This document shows, in pieces, positions 47,717 through 57,132 of a stretch of DNA of 64,000 nucleotides. Each line of letters opens with the position of its first letter. The stretch's first letter is position 1. A program made the translations under genes and the position numbers. The stretch comes from Promethearchaeota archaeon (GTDB taxonomy: Archaea; Asgardarchaeota; Thorarchaeia; Thorarchaeales; Thorarchaeaceae). The notes beneath the pieces were generated by a model. It was not told the DNA's origin, made no database searches, and saw only the letters and a list, made by a program, of their open reading frames with translations. The DNA lies in NCBI GenBank assembly GCA_014728035.1, contig WJMJ01000148.1, positions 32,001 through 96,000 on the forward strand. The letters are read 5' to 3'.

Positions 47717-50437
47717 CTATTTGTTTCGTTTTAGTTTACCAGTATAATACAGAATAAACACTACGATTGTTATCGCACCGATTCCACCAATAGCTAGCCC
47801 AATTACGAGCAGAGTCGAATCATCGGGTGGTGGTAAAACGGTCACTATGACAGAATCAGAAATACTGTTTCCTGAAGTATCATAGAGAGTTAGCTTGACA
47901 ATGTAAGTTCCTGGTTCAAAATCTGTTACATCAAATCGGATAGATTGACCGATCCAATCACCACTTGCTGACACAGTATCGTTTACTGTTATTGTATATC
48001 TAGACGGAAGTAGATCATCACCCTGCCATGTAATATTCATATCTTCAGTTCCTTGAATAAATTCTAAATTCTCTGGTGAGTTGATTGTCGGATTTGTGCT
48101 ATCCCCAACAATTACCCAAGTGGTTGCAGATATGCCATTTCCACTCTGGTCTTCAAGATACAAGGTCACATTGTAAATGCCAATAGGTCTATCAAATGGA
48201 ATGAGTGTTCCAATATTTCCCGCAAATACTCCATTCACGACTTGTGAACCATTAACGAATACGAGGAATAAACCAGGTGTATCCCATGTGTCATCAGGTG
48301 TCATATTGAAACTGACACTTGGGTTCAATGCACCATACTCTATGTACAGATTATCAAGGGATTCAATTGAAGGAGCTAAGGTATCTACAACTGTAACAAT
48401 TACAGTATCAAAATCATAGTTCATATCAGCATCCCAGACGACTACAGTGAAGTTATGTTCACCTAAGGACAGTCCATCAACAGAGTAATTGATCCAGTCA
48501 GAATAACTGAAGGTGTTGATGACAGTATCATCTAGATACATCTCTGCATCAACTGGATTATCCTCATTAACGCTCCAATTACAGAAATGCCCAGATGTTC
48601 CAACTTCATAACTAAAATCTAAAGGTTCGCTTAGAAGAGGGCTAATTGGATCCGTAACATCAATCCAAACTGTATCAGTGACTGTATGTCCATACGTATC
48701 GTTTATCCAAATAGTCAAGTTATGTGGACCGGGATAGAAATCTACAGACTCTGAGATATTTGTAGTTGAAGTCCATTCTCCACTAGCAATCTCAATCTCA
48801 TTATCATAGAGAAGGTAACTATCTGGATGCTCATCAGTAACGTTCCATTGATAATTGTGAGTGAATTGATATTGAACTGTTTCATTCGTGGGGCCTGCAA
48901 TTATAGTGGGTGGTTCATAGTCAACATCGTTCACTGTTACCAAGACGGTATCTGAAGCGGTATTGTTGTAGAGGTCTTTGAAGACCACTGTAAAGTTCTT
49001 TACTCCCGGTTCTATCGAGTAAGCTTCAATCTCGAAGATATATTCATTCATCATATGACCCGTATCATAGATAGCATAATCAACATATAGAGTATAATTC
49101 ACCGGGAATAATTCATCAATGACCCAATGAATAATTCGATCAGTTTCATCTTCATCCATGGAAAAGTCAGATGGCTGATTCGGAATAGGTGCAGCAACTT
49201 CCCCTGGAAAAGAAGATGCAAAATTATCAACTGCCCCAGAGGGTCCAGGAATTGCATAGGGTTCTACTACAGCATTACTCCATTGGTTTCCCAAAGCAGA
49301 GAAGTCCCATACTGAAATGTCTCCACCTGTTCCCCCATTGTCATATCCATTCTCTACATCATTGAACAGTAGATGATTGCTGTAGATTCTATTTGAACTT
49401 GATATTGGGCCGTTGTATATTCCATGATCATTAAGGTATACTTTGTTTGTGTGAATTAGAGTTGAATTGGTGTTATCCAGTGAAATTCCATATCCCTCAC
49501 AACTATGAACATAGTTCCAAGTCACTATACATACTTCACTTTCAAATACATGGATACCATTATCTTCCGAATTGAATACGTTGTTATAGGTAACATTGAC
49601 GTGTAATCCTTCGGTAACGTAAATCCCTTGCATGTACACGTTGGATACATTGTTACTCAAAATCAATGAATCAGTTGAAGTACTACATCGTATCCCATAA
49701 CCACCACTGCCTTCAATTCTATTATTAGAAATCGTACAATTTGGACTTTTGATGTAGATGCCTCCCGAAGAGGTGTCACGGATGATGTTATCTGTAATTG
49801 TAATATGATTAGAGGTTAACCCAGATTCGTAGATTCCGTAAAGGGCATTCTCAATATTGTTATCATGGAATATACAATTCGTGCTAGAAACAAGAAACAT
49901 ACCGTAAGATGAATCTGAAAATCGGTTTATGGATACATTGACCTCATTGCATGATTGCAGATACACACCGCTACTACTAGAGGTGATTTCATTATCCACT
50001 ATAACTGTTTTATTTGAATCAATCAATTCTACAGCCCATTGGGTAACTTCAAAAACAGATCCCTCTATATGACCATTGGTTGAATTCCGTACCTCCAGTC
50101 CATCTCCTAGAGTAACAAAATCACAATCAACAATTTTCCAGTATGCTGATTGATTCACGATCTTTATACAAGGACCTCCACTATGAACAAAGTCCAAGCC
50201 TTCAATGGTATAGGGAGCTCCTTCTGTTCCGGACCCTGTAAATCCATAATCAGTAAAATTGGCTTCGTATTCGATTAACCAATATGGCGTTATAGGGCCA
50301 GCAGATAATTCTACAATTTCCTTAGTAAGAATTCCATCCTGTTCTAAAGTAGAAATAAGGGGCGTCGAATTCCCACATATGGAAGTAACTAGAATAGTGG
50401 TGAACATAACCACTAGCACTTTCTCTAGGTGACGCAT
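47717..50437 (-). CDS. surface protein with right-handed beta-helix (NosD/CASH) and Ig-like stalk, paralogue 1
   Basis: GFTGSGTEGAPYTIEG cap, repeated I.NN.I....GI motifs, GNQWS, Ig repeats, TM plus KLKRNK. Confidence 0.88.
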   Translation of the reverse strand: MRHLEKVLVVMFTTILVTSICGNSTPLISTLEQDGILTKEIVELSAGPITPYWLIEYEANFTDYGFTGSGTEGAPYTIEGLDFVHSGGPCIKIVNQSAYWKIVDCDFVTLGDGLEVRNSTNGHIEGSVFEVTQWAVELIDSNKTVIVDNEITSSSSGVYLQSCNEVNVSINRFSDSSYGMFLVSSTNCIFHDNNIENALYGIYESGLTSNHITITDNIIRDTSSGGIYIKSPNCTISNNRIEGSGGYGIRCSTSTDSLILSNNVSNVYMQGIYVTEGLHVNVTYNNVFNSEDNGIHVFESEVCIVTWNYVHSCEGYGISLDNTNSTLIHTNKVYLNDHGIYNGPISSSNRIYSNHLLFNDVENGYDNGGTGGDISVWDFSALGNQWSNAVVEPYAIPGPSGAVDNFASSFPGEVAAPIPNQPSDFSMDEDETDRIIHWVIDELFPVNYTLYVDYAIYDTGHMMNEYIFEIEAYSIEPGVKNFTVVFKDLYNNTASDTVLVTVNDVDYEPPTIIAGPTNETVQYQFTHNYQWNVTDEHPDSYLLYDNEIEIASGEWTSTTNISESVDFYPGPHNLTIWINDTYGHTVTDTVWIDVTDPISPLLSEPLDFSYEVGTSGHFCNWSVNEDNPVDAEMYLDDTVINTFSYSDWINYSVDGLSLGEHNFTVVVWDADMNYDFDTVIVTVVDTLAPSIESLDNLYIEYGALNPSVSFNMTPDDTWDTPGLFLVFVNGSQVVNGVFAGNIGTLIPFDRPIGIYNVTLYLEDQSGNGISATTWVIVGDSTNPTINSPENLEFIQGTEDMNITWQGDDLLPSRYTITVNDTVSASGDWIGQSIRFDVTDFEPGTYIVKLTLYDTSGNSISDSVIVTVLPPPDDSTLLVIGLAIGGIGAITIVVFILYYTGKLKRNK

Positions 50438-50630
50438 ATGCTCTCCATCCTAAATTTAGGTTTTTACAAAAATAGATTCAATCGCTTATAATCTCTTTTG
50501 ATAGTTAGAATTTCTCATTCATTTGCAAAATTAACTCGGTATGAAGGGCCTTTTGAATCGATCTGAATAATACACAGTTGTGATAAAATAGAAAAATTCA
50601 GACAGTTTAAGTAATGGTTTTGATACGTAA

Positions 50631-51902
50631 TTGACCATGTCAGAAAGCATTCTTGATGTGACAGATCAATATAGCACATGGCGAGACCTGTATCTTGTAG
50701 TTCAGGGCTTGTTTTATTTTGCACAAGGTATTGCTATGGGAGCAATATTCTACTTGCCATCATTGCTCCGTGATAGGGGTCTAAATGATCTGGAAAGCAT
50801 TATCATTCAAGCGGTAATCTGGTTACCTTGGTATCTCAAAGTGTTCTTTGGTATCCTCAGTGATAATGTCAAAATCAAGAACTATGGTCGGAGAAAACCG
50901 TATGTCATTGTTGCAGGATTTCTTGGTATCATAGGTTGGTTAACTCTTCCAACATATACAGTCTTTGGTCCAATGATGATTCTCTCAGGAATTCTTGCGA
51001 GTTTTGGTACCAGTATGAGTGATGGGATTTTGGATGCTCTTGCAGTAGATGTCACACCACCCAGAAGAAGAGGTGCTATGCAGGGAGTTTCATGGGGTAG
51101 TCGTGGCCTTGGTCTCGGAATAGCTGCGGTCATTGTGGGTTTACTTACAGCAGCTGGTGAATGGTTTATTGCATTCGCAGTACCTGGAGTAATCCTTGGA
51201 CTAGCTTGTCTATTTGTCATTCTGATTAAAGAAGTTCCATTGCCCGAAGATTTCAAACGAGTTCCGTTAGGTGTGCTTACTGGTGTATTCAAACAGAAGA
51301 ATGTACAGCTCTGCACACTGTTTCAATTATTCGCTGGCGCAGGTATCTCTATTCTAGCAATACTACAAACATATCTAGAAACAGGACTTGGATTTGACCT
51401 TGTGACTGTTGGAATAGTTTTTCTGATATTTTCTATTGGAATGTTCATTGGCGCAATAATATTTGGATTGCTTGGAGATAAACTCTCAGTCTTGCAAACA
51501 CTTCCAGTGACAACTATTCTCTACACCGTCATTATACTCTCCGTTCTAATCATCGATACCAGTGATTGGGCAATAGCTGCGATATTCTTCTTCTTAGTGG
51601 GATTAGCAAATGGAGGCTATGAGGCTACACAAATGCGAATTAGTATGGATAACTCACCAGCTATTGTTGGAGGTACCATGTATAATTTCTACAACAGTAT
51701 CTCGAATCTTGGCCAGATTGCTATTGGAGCAATTTTGATTGCATATCTTGGTGAAGTTGTCTTCAGTGGCAATTTACAACTAGGGTGGCAATTAGCTTGG
51801 GTGTTCTTGCTTCTCTCACTACCTGTTGCTTACAAACTGGTGAAAGAACATCAAGTTGAGGGAGAAGGAATTACAGAGGAAGCAGTACCTTATCATGAAT
51901 GA
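50631..51902 (+). CDS. MFS transporter (AmpG/BT1-like), tandem paralogue 1
   Basis: YFAQG, LPWYLK.FFG..SD...GRRKPY, DGILDALAVD. Confidence 0.88.
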   Translation: MTMSESILDVTDQYSTWRDLYLVVQGLFYFAQGIAMGAIFYLPSLLRDRGLNDLESIIIQAVIWLPWYLKVFFGILSDNVKIKNYGRRKPYVIVAGFLGIIGWLTLPTYTVFGPMMILSGILASFGTSMSDGILDALAVDVTPPRRRGAMQGVSWGSRGLGLGIAAVIVGLLTAAGEWFIAFAVPGVILGLACLFVILIKEVPLPEDFKRVPLGVLTGVFKQKNVQLCTLFQLFAGAGISILAILQTYLETGLGFDLVTVGIVFLIFSIGMFIGAIIFGLLGDKLSVLQTLPVTTILYTVIILSVLIIDTSDWAIAAIFFFLVGLANGGYEATQMRISMDNSPAIVGGTMYNFYNSISNLGQIAIGAILIAYLGEVVFSGNLQLGWQLAWVFLLLSLPVAYKLVKEHQVEGEGITEEAVPYHE

Positions 51903-51911
51903 TATCAATTA

Positions 51912-51944
51912 GAGGTTTCAACTGAAACCTCATTTTTTTCTTTT
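51912..51944 (+). terminator. hairpin plus T-tract terminator
   Basis: GAGGTTTC-AACT-GAAACCTC followed by ATTTTTTTCTTTT. Confidence 0.7.
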
Positions 51945-52162
51945 AACCTCCTATAAAAAAAACTTGTTTTTACATCCTTGGTTTTATGAATTCCATTACA
52001 TGATTATTAGATTTTTACCCGTCCTCATTTGAATTGTTATTCTTCTGAATAACATTAATGTATTAGTCACTAGAATCGTGAAAAAATCATATTCCATTCA
52101 GCATATTTGATAAATCAGTCAACAGACTTTTTTATTCACGTGAGTGATAATATCTAATCATA

Positions 52163-53422
52163 ATGCCACCAAAAACTCCTGAAGAATCAATTCCTTACGC
52201 ATCTTGGAAAAATCGATATATAATAATCCAAAGTATGTTCTATCTAGCTCAAGGAGTTGCTATGGGGGCTTTATTCTATATACCATCACTGTTACGAAAT
52301 CGTGGATTAAATGATTTTGAGAGTATCATCATACAATCGGTTATAGGATTGCCATGGATTCTAAAGATTATATTTGGCATTATGAGTGATAATGTTTCTA
52401 TTGGCAACTATGGGCGTCGTAAGCCGTATATTATCCTCGCAGGATTTGTGGGAATTATCGGTTTTGCTACACTACCGATTCATCCTGTATTTGGACCTCT
52501 AATGGTTGCTTCTGGATTTCTTGCTAGCATCGGTACAAGTATGAGTGATGGTGTATTGGATGCACTAGCTGTTGATGTAACACCTCCTGAAAAACGCGGA
52601 ACTATGCAGGGGACTGCTTGGGGGAGCAGAGCAATTGGCTTGGGAATATCATCTTTATTTGTTGGAATATTCAGTGCTTTAAATGACTGGTTTATAGCGT
52701 TTGCAATCCCGGGTTCTGTTTTTGGATTAGCCTGTTTTATGGTGATTCTTATCAAGGAACCAATTTCACCAGATCTAACAGGGATATCTAGAAATCTATT
52801 GAAAAGCGTTTTCAAGAAGAAGAAAATACAAATCTGCACACTATTCCAAATAGTTGCAGGTGCAGGTATATCAATCAGTTTGATTATTCAAACATACTTG
52901 GAATCCGGTCTTGGATACGATTTAGACATTGTTGGATTCGTTCTCTTCATATTCTTGACTGGTATGTTCTTTGGCTCAATGTTTTTTGGATATTTAGGAG
53001 ATAAATTATCTAGTGAAATAACCCTGCCAACATCAACGTTAATGAATATAGCTCTTATCATAGTGGTACTATTCATCAATACAAGCGATATCCTGTTTGT
53101 GTCCGTGTTCTTCTTTCTATTTGGTATTTCAAGTGGAGCATACCAGACTAGTCAATTACGAATCAGCATGGATTACTCTCCATCTATATTAGGAGGTACA
53201 ATGTTCAATTTCTACAACAGCATGGCAAATGTGGGGCAATTAGTTATAGGTTCAGTACTTATTGCATATGTTGGTGAAGTCATCTTTCAAGGTAATCTCC
53301 AATTTGGGTGGCAAGTTGCTTCCGTGTTTCTATTCCTGTCAATACTCATCTCAATGAAATTGATTAGAAATTATCAAGTCGAAGGATCTACAGAACCAGC
53401 AACAGAAATGCCAGAAGAATAA
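52163..53422 (+). CDS. MFS transporter (AmpG/BT1-like), tandem paralogue 2
   Basis: Collinear full-length paralogue of 50631-51902. Confidence 0.88.
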   Translation: MPPKTPEESIPYASWKNRYIIIQSMFYLAQGVAMGALFYIPSLLRNRGLNDFESIIIQSVIGLPWILKIIFGIMSDNVSIGNYGRRKPYIILAGFVGIIGFATLPIHPVFGPLMVASGFLASIGTSMSDGVLDALAVDVTPPEKRGTMQGTAWGSRAIGLGISSLFVGIFSALNDWFIAFAIPGSVFGLACFMVILIKEPISPDLTGISRNLLKSVFKKKKIQICTLFQIVAGAGISISLIIQTYLESGLGYDLDIVGFVLFIFLTGMFFGSMFFGYLGDKLSSEITLPTSTLMNIALIIVVLFINTSDILFVSVFFFLFGISSGAYQTSQLRISMDYSPSILGGTMFNFYNSMANVGQLVIGSVLIAYVGEVIFQGNLQFGWQVASVFLFLSILISMKLIRNYQVEGSTEPATEMPEE

Positions 53423-53451
53423 TTCAATGAGTCATAAATCCCATTCAATAT

Positions 53452-53877
53452 CTATTGTCGGGATTTGGATTTATCAAGTTCAAGTGATCGTAATATGGAT
53501 TCAGTCCGTTTCTCTCGCATCTCTTCCAAAGTTGGAAATTCAATTCGATGTTGGAAATCTTGCCACTCCTTCCAGTATTTTCTCAAATACTCACCAATCT
53601 CAAGAGGGTCACCAAAAATAACTTGATAGTTCTGGAGAATGCTTCCTTTAACTATGGTTGGAAGCGCTTCAAAAATGGTTACATCATACCTATCAGGCAC
53701 TTTACCTAAGAACTTGAGTTTCTTATGTTTAATTACTTCCTTATCTTCGGTATGAACTAGGACAGCTATATCAATGTCTGAAGTAGGTCCGGGAGTACCA
53801 TTGGCCCACGAACCAAATAGAAGAACATCATAATCCGATAATGCTTTCAAATCCTCTTGGATATTCTCAGGCATCAT
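53452..53877 (-). CDS. minimal nucleotidyltransferase (MntA-like antitoxin)
   Basis: FGSWANGTPGPTSDID fits GSx10DxD. Confidence 0.88.
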   Translation of the reverse strand: MMPENIQEDLKALSDYDVLLFGSWANGTPGPTSDIDIAVLVHTEDKEVIKHKKLKFLGKVPDRYDVTIFEALPTIVKGSILQNYQVIFGDPLEIGEYLRKYWKEWQDFQHRIEFPTLEEMREKRTESILRSLELDKSKSRQ

Positions 53878-54274
53878 TAACATACCGCTCCATTATTTCA
53901 ACAAACGCTTCAAGTGTTTTCTTTACATCTGGATAAGAATCCAACACAATATCTTTGTCGATACCATTGTACTGATGTACGAGTACATTGCGAAGTCTAT
54001 TGCACTTACTAAGATGTTCTCCAAGTTCTAAAGAGATGATTGATTCAGAGGTTAAGAATTGTATATTTTCACTGTCACCTTTTGGAACAGAACCCAAATC
54101 CTTAGTGGCCATTGAAACAATATCCATCGCACTTTCTATAGAAGTGAGAATACAATAATACAGAGCTTTTTGCTCGATTGTAGTCGGATCATCAACTAAT
54201 GAATCAGCGAGACATATATGCTCAACTATGTATTGAAATTTAATCTTATATCGAGCAATTCGTTCATCTTTCAT
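53867..54274 (-). CDS. HEPN/DUF86 ribonuclease (HepT-like toxin)
   Basis: RNVLVHQY fits Rx4HxY; overlaps the MNT gene. Confidence 0.9.
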   Translation of the reverse strand: MKDERIARYKIKFQYIVEHICLADSLVDDPTTIEQKALYYCILTSIESAMDIVSMATKDLGSVPKGDSENIQFLTSESIISLELGEHLSKCNRLRNVLVHQYNGIDKDIVLDSYPDVKKTLEAFVEIMERYVNDA

Positions 54275-54430
54275 TATAGTATCACCCGAATAATACTATT
54301 ACCACAAGAAAATGGATACATAATAGATTTTGTTTCTTACTGGATTCATAAATTATGTGACACAAAAACACTAGATATTCATGTAGCAGTAAACAGCAGA
54401 AATCATTTCTATATCTGGAGAAAAAAATCA

Positions 54431-54458
54431 AAATAAAAAAGAGACCCCTGTAGGGGTC
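54431..54458 (-). terminator. GACCCC-loop-GGGGTC terminator
   Basis: Minus strand GACCCC-TACA-GGGGTC-TCTTTTTT just after the stop; same stem after all three beta-helix paralogues. Confidence 0.78.
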
Positions 54459-54465
54459 AAATTCT

Positions 54466-56994
54466 CTATTTCTTCACTTTCAGGAAGTAGATTAAGACAA
54501 CAACAAGAGTTATTCCAGCGCCAGAAATGGCTAGAATCATAATAACCGACATATCAGGTGCTGGTGGGGGTGTTCCAGTTGTAGTGGTTGTTGAACCTTG
54601 GGCATTTACGTTTACAGTACTGGAGCTTGTTACACTGTTTCCTGATGTATCATAGAGGGTTAGAGTAATTTCGTAGACACCTTCTCTAAGATTTGCATCA
54701 TCCAGCAGATAACTAATGTTCGAACCATCCCAAGTACCGCTCGCTAGAGTTGTAGTGTTATCCAGCATTATTACATATGAATGAGGCAATAGGTCACTGC
54801 AAGTCCAGTTCATCCAATGTCCAGTAGATCCTTCAGTAATTGAGAAGTCACTAATTGAGGAGCAAGTTGGGTCTGTAGTATCGCCAACGGTTACAATTGT
54901 AGTTGCTGAAACAGTATTGCCACTATAGTCCTCAAGATAGAATGTTACATTATAAACTCCCAAATTCTTGTTGAAATATAGACCATAGTCTGCAGTTTCA
55001 GTAAATGAGCCACTATCTTCTTCAGTTCCATTTACTAGGACAGTATAACTACCGGGTGTATCCCAATTACCATCAGCAGTAAGGTTGAATTTAACGTGCG
55101 GATTTAAAGTGCCATACTCTATGAATTGAGTATTTTTTGCGTCAATGGTAGGAGCTGTAGAATCTATCACGTTGATAAGAACCGTATCAACTGCAACATT
55201 ACCAAAAGTGTCATTTGCTACAATTGTGCAGTTGTAATCACCAAGCACTGAGATATCCAGCTCAGTGTTGAAACTCGTAGAATAGCTCTCCTGTATCTGC
55301 ATAATATCATTCAGATAATATGCAATGACATCAGGATAATCTTCAGTAATTGTCCAAACCAGAGGGTATAGACTTGTGGATGCCTCTACTTCCGTATCAT
55401 TGGGGCCAGAGATATCAGGAGATACATAGTCTACTTCATTTACCGTTACCTCAACTTCATCAATTTGTTCATTCATGAAAGCATCCCAGACCACAAGTTG
55501 AAGAGTATAGAGACCATGACTTAGATTCTCTAATTGATAGGTAAAGGGAAGAGAAGGAACCCAATAGCCAGATTTTACGGATTCTCCATCGAGATAGATG
55601 GTGTAATTCCAAGGATGCAGATCAAAACCATTCCATTCGACAGTCGCGCTCTGGTCCTCATCAAAGGCAAAGTCTGCGGAACCTGAGATTATCGGGGATG
55701 TGGAATCTACAAGTTCAGCAGGATAACTATCAGTAGCACCACTACCTCCAGGAATAGAATAGGGGGATGAATGTGACACATTGTAATAATTCCCCATTCC
55801 AGAGCCATCATCCCATGAAGATGTACCACTACTCGCATCATAAGCATCATTTGTAGTGTGATTTGAGAGGTGGTTTCCATAGAAGATGTTTGAATCACTA
55901 TTCAAGAAATTCCGGATTCCAATAGGTCCATGATGGATACGATTGTTGAGCACTCTACAATTCTCACCATACATCATTATACCATTTTGGGTAAAAGTGT
56001 GAACTACATTATCAGTCACATTACAGCCATCTAGATAATTCAAAGACATCCCGTCGTTGGAATCAAAAATCTCGTTAAAGCTGATTTCTGAAGATATCAG
56101 TCCATAGGAATAAATTGCATCCATATCTATATCAAAAAGTGTGTTATTAGTAATATGCGCTTCGGATAAGATATCACAATAGATACCGTCATAAAAATTA
56201 CATATCGTATTTTGAGAGATGTGATAATTGAATCCATTTGATGTGTCTATATAAATCCCATATTGACAGTGTCCATCAAGTGTATTTCCTGTGATATTAT
56301 AGTTTTCAGAATTATCTATTTTCATACCATACGAGGTGGCATTGATAATTATATTATCACTAATGGTGACAAATGAGCTAGTACTCCCGTCATATATTGC
56401 GGTGCTAGCTCCAATGATTGTATTATTATGGATAGTGCAATTCAGAGCATTAAACAATGATATCCCAGTACCAGGATCTGAGATAGTATTCTTAGTGATT
56501 GTCACAAAGTAAGAATGCAATATACTTATCCCAGAACTTTGAGTGTCAATTTGACATCCTTGGATTAAAGTACCGTTTGCATAGTCACAATAGATTTTAG
56601 ATGAATCGAATGTACAATTTTGAATAATACCATTAGTAGATTTCTCAATTCTCACACCATAATATGGAACACTTCCATGAAATTCACACGAATTAATCTC
56701 AAAGAAAGCTGACTGATTGTACACATTAATGATATGACCTTCTGTGTGAGTCAGGTTTACACCCTCAAGTGTATAGGGGGATTCTTGAGAACCAGATCCT
56801 GTGAACCCGAATTGAGTGAAGTTGTTCTCATGTGTGATGTTATAGAGTGTATCAGATGCTGAAACAATTGGTTGGTTCGATTCTATTTGGGGTATTATTT
56901 CTGTTGAGTGATCCTGATATACTTGATTAGAACAACTTGAGAGTAATAATAGACCCAGAATAAAACCACCTATAATGTTCTTACTAGCCTGCAA
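54466..56994 (-). CDS. beta-helix (NosD/CASH) plus Ig-like surface protein, paralogue 2
   Basis: GFTGSGSQESPYTLEG, beta-helix repeats, GNYY, Ig repeats, TM plus KVKK. Confidence 0.88.
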   Translation of the reverse strand: MQASKNIIGGFILGLLLLSSCSNQVYQDHSTEIIPQIESNQPIVSASDTLYNITHENNFTQFGFTGSGSQESPYTLEGVNLTHTEGHIINVYNQSAFFEINSCEFHGSVPYYGVRIEKSTNGIIQNCTFDSSKIYCDYANGTLIQGCQIDTQSSGISILHSYFVTITKNTISDPGTGISLFNALNCTIHNNTIIGASTAIYDGSTSSFVTISDNIIINATSYGMKIDNSENYNITGNTLDGHCQYGIYIDTSNGFNYHISQNTICNFYDGIYCDILSEAHITNNTLFDIDMDAIYSYGLISSEISFNEIFDSNDGMSLNYLDGCNVTDNVVHTFTQNGIMMYGENCRVLNNRIHHGPIGIRNFLNSDSNIFYGNHLSNHTTNDAYDASSGTSSWDDGSGMGNYYNVSHSSPYSIPGGSGATDSYPAELVDSTSPIISGSADFAFDEDQSATVEWNGFDLHPWNYTIYLDGESVKSGYWVPSLPFTYQLENLSHGLYTLQLVVWDAFMNEQIDEVEVTVNEVDYVSPDISGPNDTEVEASTSLYPLVWTITEDYPDVIAYYLNDIMQIQESYSTSFNTELDISVLGDYNCTIVANDTFGNVAVDTVLINVIDSTAPTIDAKNTQFIEYGTLNPHVKFNLTADGNWDTPGSYTVLVNGTEEDSGSFTETADYGLYFNKNLGVYNVTFYLEDYSGNTVSATTIVTVGDTTDPTCSSISDFSITEGSTGHWMNWTCSDLLPHSYVIMLDNTTTLASGTWDGSNISYLLDDANLREGVYEITLTLYDTSGNSVTSSSTVNVNAQGSTTTTTGTPPPAPDMSVIMILAISGAGITLVVVLIYFLKVKK

Positions 56995-57097
56995 ATCGAA
57001 TATCTCCCGATTAGTTTCTCGTTCAGAAGTTGATATATTATATAAATGGAACGTTTTTTTATAACTCTCTAATAGAACTTGATTGAATTATCTATGC

Positions 57098-57125
57098 AAA
57101 AAAGAGAGAGACCCCCGTAGGGGTC
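57098..57125 (-). terminator. GACCCC-TACG-GGGGTC terminator
   Basis: UNCG tetraloop stem followed by TCTCTCTTTTTT on the minus strand. Confidence 0.78.
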
Positions 57126-57132
57126 AGTTTCA

